This document shows positions 9,540-18,599 of a DNA stretch of 64,000 bases, piece after piece. Below the pieces are notes generated by a model. It did no database searches. It saw only the letters and a list, made by a program, of their open reading frames with translations, and was not told where the DNA came from. The position numbers were made by a program, and so were the translations under genes. Source of the stretch: Candidatus Latescibacterota bacterium (GTDB lineage: Bacteria > Latescibacterota > UBA2968 > UBA8231). The stretch is taken from the NCBI GenBank assembly GCA_029941315.1, contig JAPYQE010000003.1, forward strand, positions 5,965 through 69,964, read 5' to 3'. Numbering within the stretch: the stretch's first letter is position 1; each line of letters starts with the position of its first letter.

Positions 9540-9816
9540 AGACGTCAACGGCCACTCCCCCCAAGTCCCGCGCTGTAGGTGGTATTGTCATACTGTCCTT
9601 GTGCATCTTTGCACGTTAGCCGAACTGTCAGCGTATGGCGATTCTGCCGAAAGTACTTGAAATCTGAACACGACCAGCTCCAGCGATCCCATAACGCGCG
9701 AAGCGCTGCGCTATTTTCAGGGTTCCGAAGGGCGCGAGCTATTAGTACAAGCCGCCGCCACAGGCCAAAACCCCCTACGCATACAAGAACAACTGCGGCG
9801 ATCATTTCCTGCCGAG

Positions 9817-10842
9817 ATGTGCCGAGCGGGGCTAGCGCTTGTCGAACTACGACAGCGAGCCGGGGAGAAATTTATGCGGGCAGAAGAAATGTTCTTCGAT
9901 CGCGAAGGCTTAGAGATGGCCACCCGCGAAGAGGTCGCCCATTACCGGGCCTGGCGGCTGCGCGACTGTGAAAAGATCATGGATTTGTGCTGCGGCATCG
10001 GTGGTGATTTGCTCGCGTTGGGGCAACAAGCCGAAGTCTTAGCCGTCGACGCGGATCGGCGACGACTGACAATGGCCCAGCACAATAGCCAGGTATACGA
10101 CTTGCAAAAGGTGCGCTTTATCGCGGCCGAGGTACAGTCGTTGCGCATGAACGTCGATGCGGTCTTCGTCGACCCTGCACGCCGGTCCGGCCAACGCAAG
10201 CGGCGGGGTGAGGGTTACTCGCCTCCGCTGAGTTGGGTTGCCGATCTGCGCACAAAAGTATCGCGGCTGGCCGTTAAAGTCGGACCAGCTATTCCGGAGG
10301 AAGACCTACCCCCAGATTGTGAAGTCGAATTTATCTCCTCCGGGGGCCAATGTCGCGAGGGAGCGCTCTATTTTGGCCAACTGGCCACAACAAGCCGCCG
10401 CGCGACGCTCCTACCCGAACGCCACACCCTCGAAACCACCGCCGGACCCGACGTTGTGGTCGCACCGCCCGGGGCCTATGTCTTTGATCCCAACCCCGCC
10501 GTGGTGCGTTCGCATCTGCTCGACGAACTAGCGCGGAAAATCGGCGCGTGGAAGCTCGATCCACAGATCGCCTATCTCAGCAGTGACGCTGCCACCGATT
10601 CCCCTTTTGTCCGCAGTTATCGCCTGATCCGTTGGCAGCCATTCCAGCTCAAACGATTGCGCCAGACCTTGCGCGATGAAGGGCTCTATCCGCGAGAAAT
10701 AAAGAAACGCGGCTTTCCCATGGAACCGCCCGAACTCAGACGTCGGCTCAGCCTCCCACCGGACGGCCGACCCATAACCCTGTTGCTGACTCGGTTGCGG
10801 CAAAAGCCGGTAGTGCTCATTTGCGAAATGCAGGGAAATTAA
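9817..10842 (+). CDS. class I SAM-dependent methyltransferase (THUMP-less RNA-methyltransferase-like family)
   Basis: SAM motif I (IMDLCCGIGGDLLAL) and motif-IV-like AVFVDPARR. The reading frame stays open back to 9661 with protein-like sequence (…ITREALRYFQGSEGRELLVQAAATGQNPLRIQEQLRR…) but no ATG, so the true start may be a non-ATG codon upstream. Confidence 0.6.
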   Translation: MCRAGLALVELRQRAGEKFMRAEEMFFDREGLEMATREEVAHYRAWRLRDCEKIMDLCCGIGGDLLALGQQAEVLAVDADRRRLTMAQHNSQVYDLQKVRFIAAEVQSLRMNVDAVFVDPARRSGQRKRRGEGYSPPLSWVADLRTKVSRLAVKVGPAIPEEDLPPDCEVEFISSGGQCREGALYFGQLATTSRRATLLPERHTLETTAGPDVVVAPPGAYVFDPNPAVVRSHLLDELARKIGAWKLDPQIAYLSSDAATDSPFVRSYRLIRWQPFQLKRLRQTLRDEGLYPREIKKRGFPMEPPELRRRLSLPPDGRPITLLLTRLRQKPVVLICEMQGN

Positions 10843-10908
10843 GCACATTCTAGCTGGTATAGTACGCGCCGCAGATTTCAGTCTCCCCAAACGCCTTACG
10901 ATACTCTT

Positions 10909-11343
10909 ATGAGACGCCATAAATTCACGCTCGGCTCTATAGTTATCGCTGCTGGCTTGCTCTATCTCTTCGTCGCCAGCGTGCAACAATCGACCGCTAC
11001 CCACCTGACCCTGCAAAACCTGATGATCAAGTCGCCGGGCGATAGCCAGCGCATCCAATTGGGCGGTGGCACGGTTGTACCAGGTTCGATCGAATGGGAC
11101 AAATATCACTCCCGTCCAGAGTTCACGATTACCGACGGCGAGCACACCCTAAAGGTGCGATATACTGGTAATGCGGTCCTGCCCGACACCTTTAAAGACA
11201 AGGCGCTGGTCGTGCTCGAAGGCGAATATCACCAAACCAACAACACCTTTACAGCCGACGTTGTCTTCGCCAAGTGCCCCTCCAAATACGAGGGGCAGAG
11301 TTACGACGGCCATGTGCAGGCAATGAATGACGGCAACAGCTAG
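10909..11343 (+). CDS. ccmE: cytochrome c-type biogenesis haem chaperone CcmE, CxxxY (Cys) variant
   Basis: N-terminal TM anchor, an OB-fold region alignable to E. coli CcmE (QLGGGTVVPGSI / FTITDGEHTLKVRYTGNAVLPDTFKDKALVVLEGEY), and FAKCPSKY in place of the canonical LAKHDENY haem-binding motif. His is replaced by Cys and the Tyr is kept. Confidence 0.8.
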   Translation: MRRHKFTLGSIVIAAGLLYLFVASVQQSTATHLTLQNLMIKSPGDSQRIQLGGGTVVPGSIEWDKYHSRPEFTITDGEHTLKVRYTGNAVLPDTFKDKALVVLEGEYHQTNNTFTADVVFAKCPSKYEGQSYDGHVQAMNDGNS

Positions 11344-11474
11344 TCCACGCCGCACCTTTTATTTTACTCTCTTGGGTTGAATACCCCACAGTTTGCTGCG
11401 CTTAGGGGCATGACTAACCCGAGATACCCCGTGGCTTGCCGCGGGGAGATTCATTTTTCCCTCTACATTATCAT

Positions 11475-13481
11475 ATGATTGATATTGGCTATTTCGCCCT
11501 ATGCTTGGCGCTGCTGGCTTCCGGTTATGGGGTCCTAGCCTCTACTATGGGAGCCCGGCGCGGTCAACTAGGGCTAGTGCGCTCGGGCGAAAACGCGGTC
11601 CTGGCGACTTGTACCTTATTGACGATTGCGGTGGTCACTTTATGGCAGGCACTGCTTTTCCACGATTTTCAGGTCGAATACGTAGCTGAAAATAGCAATC
11701 GCAGCATGCCGCTATTTTATTTAGTAACGGCGCTGTGGGGCGGCCAAAATGGGTCATTATTGTTTTGGGGCTGGATTCTTTCGCTCTACTCAGCCGCCGT
11801 CGTAGCGCTCTATCGCCAGCGCTATCGCGAGTTGATGCCCTATGTCGTAGCGACCCTGGCCTTTACCAGCTTCTTTTTCTGCATTGTACATCTCTTCGCC
11901 GCCGATCCTTTTCAGCGGCTGTCTTTCACGCCTCCCGATGGCCGCGGGCTCAATCCAATCTTGCAACACCCAGTCATGGCCATTCACCCGCCGCTGCTCT
12001 ACCTCGGTATGGTCGGCATGGTCGTGCCCTTCGCCTTCGCCATCGCCGCATTGTTATCGGGCAAACTGGACACCACCTGGTTGAGGGCCTCGCGTCGCTG
12101 GACGCTCATCCCTTGGACATTTCTCGGTTTCGGTTTGCTATTGGGTGGCAAATGGGCCTATGTCGAACTGGGTTGGGGCGGATACTGGGCCTGGGACCCG
12201 GTGGAAAACTCGTCACTTATGCCGTGGTTGGTCGCCACCGCCTTCTTGCATTCGATTATGATCCAAGAGCGCAAAGGCATGCTCAAGGTTTGGAATCTAT
12301 CCCTGGCTATTCTCACCTACGGGCTCTGCATTTTCGGCACCTTTATGACCCGCAGCGGCATTATCTCTTCGGTTCACGCCTTTGCGCAATCCAATATTGG
12401 CCCTTTCTTCGCGACCTTTCTGATCTTTAGCCTGGTCTTCTCCTTCGGGCTTTTGTGGCTGCGGCTGCCCCTGCTCAAGGCCGATAACCGCCTCGAATCT
12501 TTCGCTTCGCGCGAAACGGCTTTCCTACTCAACAACTGGGTTTTGTTGGGGATGCTCTTTGCCGTGTTCTGGGGCACGGTCTTTCCCTTGGTCTCCGAAG
12601 CGTTCACCGGCGAGCAAATTACCGTCGGCGCCCCCTTCTTCAACCAGGTCAATATCCCCATCGGCCTAGTGCTACTACTGCTGACAGGCGCCGGCCCGCT
12701 CTTTGCCTGGCGCCGCACTTCAAACGAGAGCCTGCGCAAGAATTTTACCACTCCGGTAACCGCTGGTCTGATCTTCGTAGGGATCGTCTTCGCCCTGGGT
12801 GTGCGCGATCTCTATGCCCTGCTCTCCTTCGGGTTATGTGTCTTTGTCGCCATCGCACTTGGCGCCGAGTTTCACCATGGCACCCGAGCGCGAATGCGCA
12901 GTACCAGCGAAATCTATCCGGTGGCTCTCTATCGTCTCTGTGCCAAAAGCAGGCGGCGCTACGGGGGGTATCTGACCCATCTGGCCCTGGTTCTTCTCTT
13001 TGTCGGATTTACGGGCAAAGCCTTTACGCAAGAGTTTGAATTCGTACTCGAAAAGGGCGCATCTCGCCAAGTTGGCGACTATCAACTCTCTTTTGAATCG
13101 CTGGCCTTCGCCGAAGCTTCCAACCACAGCACCACCGCGGCGGCCCTTGGTCTGCACCGCGACGGCGAGTTCCTCGGCACCTTGCTGCCAGAGCGGCGCT
13201 ATTATCCGGCATTCGACCAGGGCACCACCGAAGTCTCGATTTATTCGACATTGCGCGAGGATTTTTACGTTATCCTAGTCGGTTCGGCCGCAGATCACAG
13301 TGCCAAATTCAAGGTCTACATCAATCCGCTGATCAATTTTGTTTGGCTCGGCTCCGTAGTCTTTGTCCTAGGCGCGTTATGGGCGATGTGGCCCACACCA
13401 CGTGACCGACGACTGGCTCGAGTCGATCGCGCGAGCGCCGTTGGTTTGCTGGTCCCGCGAAAACGTCCGCACCATGCCTAG
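11475..13481 (+). CDS. ccmF: cytochrome c-type biogenesis protein CcmF (haem lyase component)
   Basis: Polytopic membrane protein with the WWD motif (WGGYWAWDPVENSSLMPWL) and conserved His residues. ATG 11475 (MIDIGYFALCLALL) aligns with CcmF N-termini; the track's TTG at 11436 is less likely. Confidence 0.85.
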   Translation: MIDIGYFALCLALLASGYGVLASTMGARRGQLGLVRSGENAVLATCTLLTIAVVTLWQALLFHDFQVEYVAENSNRSMPLFYLVTALWGGQNGSLLFWGWILSLYSAAVVALYRQRYRELMPYVVATLAFTSFFFCIVHLFAADPFQRLSFTPPDGRGLNPILQHPVMAIHPPLLYLGMVGMVVPFAFAIAALLSGKLDTTWLRASRRWTLIPWTFLGFGLLLGGKWAYVELGWGGYWAWDPVENSSLMPWLVATAFLHSIMIQERKGMLKVWNLSLAILTYGLCIFGTFMTRSGIISSVHAFAQSNIGPFFATFLIFSLVFSFGLLWLRLPLLKADNRLESFASRETAFLLNNWVLLGMLFAVFWGTVFPLVSEAFTGEQITVGAPFFNQVNIPIGLVLLLLTGAGPLFAWRRTSNESLRKNFTTPVTAGLIFVGIVFALGVRDLYALLSFGLCVFVAIALGAEFHHGTRARMRSTSEIYPVALYRLCAKSRRRYGGYLTHLALVLLFVGFTGKAFTQEFEFVLEKGASRQVGDYQLSFESLAFAEASNHSTTAAALGLHRDGEFLGTLLPERRYYPAFDQGTTEVSIYSTLREDFYVILVGSAADHSAKFKVYINPLINFVWLGSVVFVLGALWAMWPTPRDRRLARVDRASAVGLLVPRKRPHHA

Positions 13482-13950
13482 CTCGCTATTACTCACCGCA
13501 TTGCTGCTGCTCGGTTTCTCGCCAGCGCAAGCGGCCACAAGGGAAGAAATCAAGTCCGTCGCCGAAGAGCTAGTCTGCCTCTGCGGCAACTGCAGTCGTG
13601 AGTCCCTGGCTACTTGCATATGCACCGACTTCGCGGTACCCGAACGCGAAGCCATCGGTAGCGCTTTGGACCAGGGCCAGACCCGCCAACAGGTCATCGA
13701 TGGCTTTATCGCCCGCTTTGGCTCAATGGGTTTGGCCTCGCCGCCAAGCGAGGGATTTAATCTGTTGGCCTGGATAGCGCCCGGCGCAGCCCTGTTATTC
13801 GGCATTGCCTTGGTGCGCACCTTGTTGGTCAACTGGAAAGGGCAAGATAATGACGAGGTTGCACAAGCTAGCTCCGCTCCCGCCGATCGCAGCCAATACC
13901 AAGACCGTTTACGACGCGAATTGGACCAGTTCGACGACGATGATAAATAG
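13474..13950 (+). CDS. ccmH: cytochrome c-type biogenesis protein CcmH/CcmL (thiol-redox component)
   Basis: Signal peptide, Cys-rich motif LVCLCGNCS (position of LRCxxC), a conserved ...QVIDGFIARFGSMGLASPP segment (compare VDYMVARYG....PP) and a C-terminal TM helix. The start ATG overlaps the ccmF stop (ATGCCTAG). Confidence 0.7.
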   Translation: MPSSLLLTALLLLGFSPAQAATREEIKSVAEELVCLCGNCSRESLATCICTDFAVPEREAIGSALDQGQTRQQVIDGFIARFGSMGLASPPSEGFNLLAWIAPGAALLFGIALVRTLLVNWKGQDNDEVAQASSAPADRSQYQDRLRRELDQFDDDDK

Positions 13951-14004
13951 TATCCGCAAAAACAATATCCGTGTGGCTCGACAAGAGTCCGTGAAATAGA
14001 CGCG

Positions 14005-14439
14005 ATGGATCTCTTCCCCCTATTGGGTTCACTCGCTTTGTTGTTAGGGCTTATGCTCTATCTGGGTCGTCCCTTGCTGCGCGAAGGGCAATCGCGCGCC
14101 GTGCCGATAGATGACGGCACACAACAGCTCTACGAGCGCAAAGAGCAGCTTTTGGGCGCGATTGTCGAGCTCGAACTCGACCACGAGATCGGCAAGGTGC
14201 CCGAGGAAGATTTTCAGCGCCTCTTTGACCAGCTCGAATCCGAGGCCCTTGCCACCATCGGTAAATTAGACCAGCTCAATGGCGCGGGCAGCAGCGAGCT
14301 CGAAAGCCGCATAGACGCTGAAGTCGCGGCCCTGCGTCAATCCGCGGCAATTCCCAGTTGCACCAAGTGTGGCGCTCCGCGACGCGACGGCGACCAGTTT
14401 TGCCCACAGTGCGGAACCGCACTGGCAGAGCTCAGTTAA
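14005..14439 (+). CDS. hypothetical membrane-anchored protein with coiled-coil and C-terminal zinc ribbon, embedded in the ccm operon
   Basis: N-terminal TM helix (FPLLGSLALLLGLMLYLG), a predicted helical/coiled segment, and a C-terminal CTKCG...CPQCG zinc-ribbon. No family recognised. Confidence 0.45.
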   Translation: MDLFPLLGSLALLLGLMLYLGRPLLREGQSRAVPIDDGTQQLYERKEQLLGAIVELELDHEIGKVPEEDFQRLFDQLESEALATIGKLDQLNGAGSSELESRIDAEVAALRQSAAIPSCTKCGAPRRDGDQFCPQCGTALAELS

Positions 14440-14442
14440 GCT

Positions 14443-15525
14443 ATGCCCTTACGCCTGATTTTCATTGCCATACTCCTATCCGCCTGCGAACTCTGGGGCG
14501 CAGCAGTCAATGGTTATGTGCTCAACCCACTTACCGAAATGCGGCTTCCCAACATCGAAGTGGCCTTCTATATGCGCCAGGAAGGGGACGTCAGCGAGGT
14601 CCTGCGCAAGCAGACCGATGCCGAGGGAAATTTTTCCTTTGCCGGTCCTTTTCTGCAAGACGGGCTGCATTTTGCATTGGCCGCCTTCTACGAGGGTGTT
14701 CCCTATTTTTCTTCGACCCTTGAGGTCGGCGCGCAACAACAGGTCATCCTCGAAGTCTACGAAAATGCCAACGATGTATCCGCGCTCCATATAACTTCCC
14801 ACCATCTTTTTCTCTCGCTGAGCGAAGACGCGATAGAGTGCGTCCAGCTCTTGCAGGTCCACAACTCTTCAGAACACACCTATGCCGGTAGCGGCAACGG
14901 TCGCGAACGCAGAGTAACCGAGTTCGCCCTACCGCCAAGCCTCTTTAACCTACAAGGCCATTCGGGCCTGATACAGCAAGCCGAACCCGGCCAATTTTTT
15001 GATAACCAGGCCTTGCCACCGGGTAGCTCACAATTGAGCATTTCCTTCAATCTCGACACGCGCGCGCTCGACGACGCCTATGTGCATCAGGCCGTTTATG
15101 CCACTGAGCGCCTAGAGGTTTTTCTCGACCCCCCCACCCTTGAGATAAGCCCGCCCTTTATTGACCAGGGCGTCATCGAATTGCACGGCCGACAGTATCG
15201 GCGGTTCGTATTGCAAGGGTTGTCTCCGGGCCAGCATGTCAAAATTCCCCTGCCGCTATCCTCTTCATTGCGTTGGTTGCTCAAATGGGCCGCGCTGGCG
15301 GGCGCATTTTTCTTTAGCGGCCTAGCACTGGTTTTAAGCCGGGGACGGCCCGATGATGCAAGCAATGCGGACACTCCCTCACCGGAAGACCGACAAATAC
15401 TTATAGCGGAAATCGCCCGGCTGGACGAGGCCCATGCCGAGCAACCGCAAGACCAACATTATCTCGATCAGCGGGCGCGCCTGATACATGAAGCCGTCGC
15501 TCTGACCCGGGCGCTGGGCAACTGA
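14443..15525 (+). CDS. hypothetical secreted/membrane-anchored protein embedded in the ccm operon (N-terminal CarboxypepD_reg-like beta domain, C-terminal TM, acidic cytoplasmic tail)
   Basis: Signal peptide. VNGYVLNPLTEMRLPNIEVAFY...TDAEGNFSF resembles a carboxypeptidase-regulatory-like fold. There is a C-terminal TM (WLLKWAALAGAFFFSGLALVL). No CXXCH or TPR motifs. Confidence 0.45.
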   Translation: MPLRLIFIAILLSACELWGAAVNGYVLNPLTEMRLPNIEVAFYMRQEGDVSEVLRKQTDAEGNFSFAGPFLQDGLHFALAAFYEGVPYFSSTLEVGAQQQVILEVYENANDVSALHITSHHLFLSLSEDAIECVQLLQVHNSSEHTYAGSGNGRERRVTEFALPPSLFNLQGHSGLIQQAEPGQFFDNQALPPGSSQLSISFNLDTRALDDAYVHQAVYATERLEVFLDPPTLEISPPFIDQGVIELHGRQYRRFVLQGLSPGQHVKIPLPLSSSLRWLLKWAALAGAFFFSGLALVLSRGRPDDASNADTPSPEDRQILIAEIARLDEAHAEQPQDQHYLDQRARLIHEAVALTRALGN

Positions 15526-16238
15526 TGGACGAGGACGGCGAGATCGTCCTGACCGACGCGGCCAAGCGCTTCGGGGCTTATACAGCCCTGCATCCCACCA
15601 ATCTTGTTATCTCTCGCGGCCAAGCGGTATTGCTCGTAGGCGCCAACGGTGCTGGTAAAAGCACTTTACTGCGATTAGTGGCCGGTCTTAGTCGACCCTC
15701 GGACGGCGAGGTGCAAATTAACGGCCACGACCTTCTAGATGCCCCCGAGGCACGATCAGCTATCGGCCTACTATCACACCAAACCCTACTCTACGACGAA
15801 TTAACGGCGCGCGAAAATCTGCGCTTCTTCGCTCGACTTTACGGATTGCACAATGTGCAAGAACGGCTCGACGAAGCCTTGGCGGAGGCTCGTCTGGGTG
15901 ATCGACAGCATCATCGCGTGAGTTCATTCTCGCGCGGTATGAAACAGCGTCTGGCGCTGGCCCGCGCGACATTGCACCGGCCGTCGATTCTTTTGCTCGA
16001 CGAGCCATTTACCGGCCTCGACACGGGCTCCGCTACCGCATTGCGGCAATTCCTGAGCCTCTTCCGACAAAATGGCGGTACCTGCATTTTGGTAACCCAC
16101 CGCCTCGACGAAGCCGATGGTCTAGTCGATCGCCTGCTCGTGCTCGAACGCGGACACCTGCGGTTGGACCAGGCCCTAAGCGGTGACCTCGACCAGTTAT
16201 ATGCGCATTGTGCGCCCTACTTGGACTCGGCTTTATGA
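15525..16238 (+). CDS. ccmA: haem exporter ATP-binding protein CcmA (ABC ATPase)
   Basis: Walker A GANGAGKST, ABC signature FSRGMKQRLALA, Walker B ILLLDEP. It lies immediately upstream of ccmB and ccmC. Confidence 0.8.
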   Translation: MDEDGEIVLTDAAKRFGAYTALHPTNLVISRGQAVLLVGANGAGKSTLLRLVAGLSRPSDGEVQINGHDLLDAPEARSAIGLLSHQTLLYDELTARENLRFFARLYGLHNVQERLDEALAEARLGDRQHHRVSSFSRGMKQRLALARATLHRPSILLLDEPFTGLDTGSATALRQFLSLFRQNGGTCILVTHRLDEADGLVDRLLVLERGHLRLDQALSGDLDQLYAHCAPYLDSAL

Positions 16239-16912
16239 GTTTTATTGGGCGGGCGCTGGCCATACTGCGCAAAGACCTGCAGGCCGAGTGGCGCACCAAA
16301 GAACGCCTGAGCCCGATGGCCTTTTTTACCTTGCTGGTATTGCTGGTTTTCAACTTCTCCTTCGAATTGGGCGGCGCTGCCCTGCGCGAAATAGGACCCG
16401 GCGTGCTATGGTCCTCCTATGTCTTTGCCAGTCTGCTGGGCTTGGGCCGCTCTTTCGCCGACGAACGCGAAAACGATGCACTCGACGCATTGCTTTTGGC
16501 ACCTGGGGACCATGGCGCGATCTATCTGGGCAAAATGGTGGGCAACCTGGTTTTTCTCTTGGCCATCGAGCTCTTGAGCTTGCCTTTTTTTGCCCTCTTT
16601 TTTAACCTATCACTAGGATTCTTTTTACTGCCCCTACTGGCCGTCTTCGTCCTGGGGTCGGCCTGCCTAGCGTCGGTCGGCACACTCTTCGCGGCGATGT
16701 CGAACAATATGCGCCTGCGCGAACTACTGTTGCCGCTTTTGCTGCTGCCGATGATCCTACCCGCGCTGATATCCTGTGTCGCGGCGACAAAAGTCGTGCT
16801 GGCAAACGGTCATTTCACCAAACTACTCCCGCATATGCAAATGCTCGGGGTGTATGCGGTAGTTTTCACAGTGCTCTCACTGATGCTTTTCGAATACGCG
16901 ATCGAGGAATGA
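16235..16912 (+). CDS. ccmB: haem exporter membrane protein CcmB
   Basis: Six-TM ABC permease with a CcmB-like N-terminus (MSFIGRALAILRKDLQAEWRTKERLSP). ATG 16235 overlaps the ccmA stop (ATGA). Confidence 0.8.
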   Translation: MSFIGRALAILRKDLQAEWRTKERLSPMAFFTLLVLLVFNFSFELGGAALREIGPGVLWSSYVFASLLGLGRSFADERENDALDALLLAPGDHGAIYLGKMVGNLVFLLAIELLSLPFFALFFNLSLGFFLLPLLAVFVLGSACLASVGTLFAAMSNNMRLRELLLPLLLLPMILPALISCVAATKVVLANGHFTKLLPHMQMLGVYAVVFTVLSLMLFEYAIEE

Positions 16913-17577
16913 TGCGTTCGACCTTTGTTTCTTATGTGCTATTTGCGGCTATGCTAATTGCTCTAGCCGCGGTCTTTCTCTGGGTCCCGACCGAAAAGGA
17001 GATGGGCGTTATTCAGCGTATCTTCTACTTTCACGTGCCTTCGGCAATGTCTGCGTTTCTGGCCTTTTTCTTGGTCTTTATCGGCAGTATCCAATATCTG
17101 CGTACCCGCGAGGAGAAATGGGACCGCTTAGCCTTATCTGCCGCCGAGTTAGGGGTCATGTTCGGGTTGATCGTCCTAATCACCGGGCCACTGTGGGCCA
17201 AACCCGTTTGGGGGGTCTACTGGCGGTGGGAGCCGCGCTTGACCTCAATGCTGATTACGTTCACCATCTACGTGGCCTATCTGATGGTGCGCGATTATGG
17301 TGCCCAGGCCAGTCAGGCACCGCGCTTAGGCGCTGTAATGGGCATTCTCGCTTTTGCGAATGTGCCCCTGGTCTACTATGCGGTCGACCTATGGTCCGCC
17401 GACCAACAGCTGCACCCGCCGCGCAATGTAGGCCTTGAGCCGACGATGGAATACGCCAAGTGGATCTGCTACGCGACTTTTTTCCTTTTGCTCTTTCACC
17501 TCGTGGCCCAACGTATGGAGTTGGCCCGTATTGAGTCAGCCGTAGTACGTCTGCGGCAGAAACTAGACGACGCATAG
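16909..17577 (+). CDS. ccmC: haem exporter protein CcmC (WWD-domain haem handling protein)
   Basis: WWD motif WAKPVWGVYWRWEPRLTSMLI and conserved His residues. The start overlaps the ccmB stop (ATGA). Confidence 0.85.
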   Translation: MMRSTFVSYVLFAAMLIALAAVFLWVPTEKEMGVIQRIFYFHVPSAMSAFLAFFLVFIGSIQYLRTREEKWDRLALSAAELGVMFGLIVLITGPLWAKPVWGVYWRWEPRLTSMLITFTIYVAYLMVRDYGAQASQAPRLGAVMGILAFANVPLVYYAVDLWSADQQLHPPRNVGLEPTMEYAKWICYATFFLLLFHLVAQRMELARIESAVVRLRQKLDDA

Positions 17578-17582
17578 AAATC

Positions 17583-17732
17583 ATGGATAACCTCCACTAT
17601 TTGTTCGCCGCCTTTTCAACCGTCTGGATCATACTTTTCGCCTACCTGATGCGACTTAATAAACGCACCAAAGAGCTAGGTCTCCAGCTTGAGGAACTCG
17701 AATCAAAGATTCAGGAGAAAAAGGAGGATTAA
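17583..17732 (+). CDS. ccmD: small haem exporter protein CcmD (49 aa, single TM)
   Basis: Not in the ORF track because it is under 60 aa. It translates to MDNLHYLFAAFSTVWIILFAYLMRLNKRTKELGLQLEELESKIQEKKED, the typical CcmD architecture (TM helix plus charged tail), 5 nt after the ccmC stop. Confidence 0.7.
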   Translation: MDNLHYLFAAFSTVWIILFAYLMRLNKRTKELGLQLEELESKIQEKKED

Positions 17733-17838
17733 ACTAATCCTAAAGAACCAAAACCGGTTGACACCCAATCCAAGGCCGTATTATATTTTTTCATCCGTTG
17801 GCTGGTATTATTTCAATAAAAAATAGCGTTCTATAATT

Positions 17839-18492
17839 ATGGTACTGATGGAAATTAGTGGGGTTTTTAGCAGCAATGCTCACTCCTCATACCCCCAAGT
17901 CGTACTCAAAGAAGCTGAGGGTGACGCCTATTTGCATATTGTCATCGGTCGCTTTGAAGCAGCCGCCATTTCAATGGCCCACGGCAAACAACAACCCGCA
18001 CGCCCTATCAGCTACGATCTAGCCCATCAGATTCTCGTCGGCGTCGATGCCCGGGTTGCAAAAGTCGAAATCACCGATCTGCACGAAAGCACTTATTACG
18101 CGGAGGTCCATTTGGTAGACGACGAGGGCAAGACCCACGTGCTCGATGCACGGCCTAGCGATGCGATTGCTCTGGCATTGCGCTTCAGTGCACCAATTTA
18201 CGCCGCCGCCGAGATCTTGCAAGAAGCCGGGCACGCTCCTCCCGGTGAAGAAGAACAGCCCCAGGCCGATCCCAAAGCCGAGACGGCTATTGAGCCCGAT
18301 CCTACAGTCGACCCCGAGCCCATGGCCGAATCCATGGCCGTATCGCAAGAAGAACTATCGACCATCACTGCTCCGGCCGTTGATCACCTAGAACAACTCA
18401 AAAGACGCATGCGCCAAGCTATTGCCAAAGAGGTTTACGAAGAAGCAGCGCGTCTACGCGATGAGATTAGTCGCCTCGAAGAGAAAGAGTGA
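17839..18492 (+). CDS. bifunctional nuclease (DUF151/BFN) domain protein with C-terminal UVR motif, paralog 1
   Basis: BFN-domain signature (IGRFEAAAI ... RPSDAIALALRFSAPIY), an acidic Pro/Glu linker, and a UvrB/UvrC-type UVR helix (YEEAARLRDEISRLE). Confidence 0.7.
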   Translation: MVLMEISGVFSSNAHSSYPQVVLKEAEGDAYLHIVIGRFEAAAISMAHGKQQPARPISYDLAHQILVGVDARVAKVEITDLHESTYYAEVHLVDDEGKTHVLDARPSDAIALALRFSAPIYAAAEILQEAGHAPPGEEEQPQADPKAETAIEPDPTVDPEPMAESMAVSQEELSTITAPAVDHLEQLKRRMRQAIAKEVYEEAARLRDEISRLEEKE

Positions 18493-18599
18493 TCTAGCCT
18501 TGTAACAGAATGGCATATTCGCATCCCTTCAACGACCACACCAACATACTGCTTGATTTCAGTGGATAAAATTAAGCGGTAACAAGGAACAATTAATAA

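Noticed and set aside
10528-11145. 205-aa minus-strand ORF
   Set aside because: It lies entirely antisense to the well-supported methyltransferase and ccmE genes, has no recognisable motifs, and looks like the usual antisense open frame in high-GC DNA.
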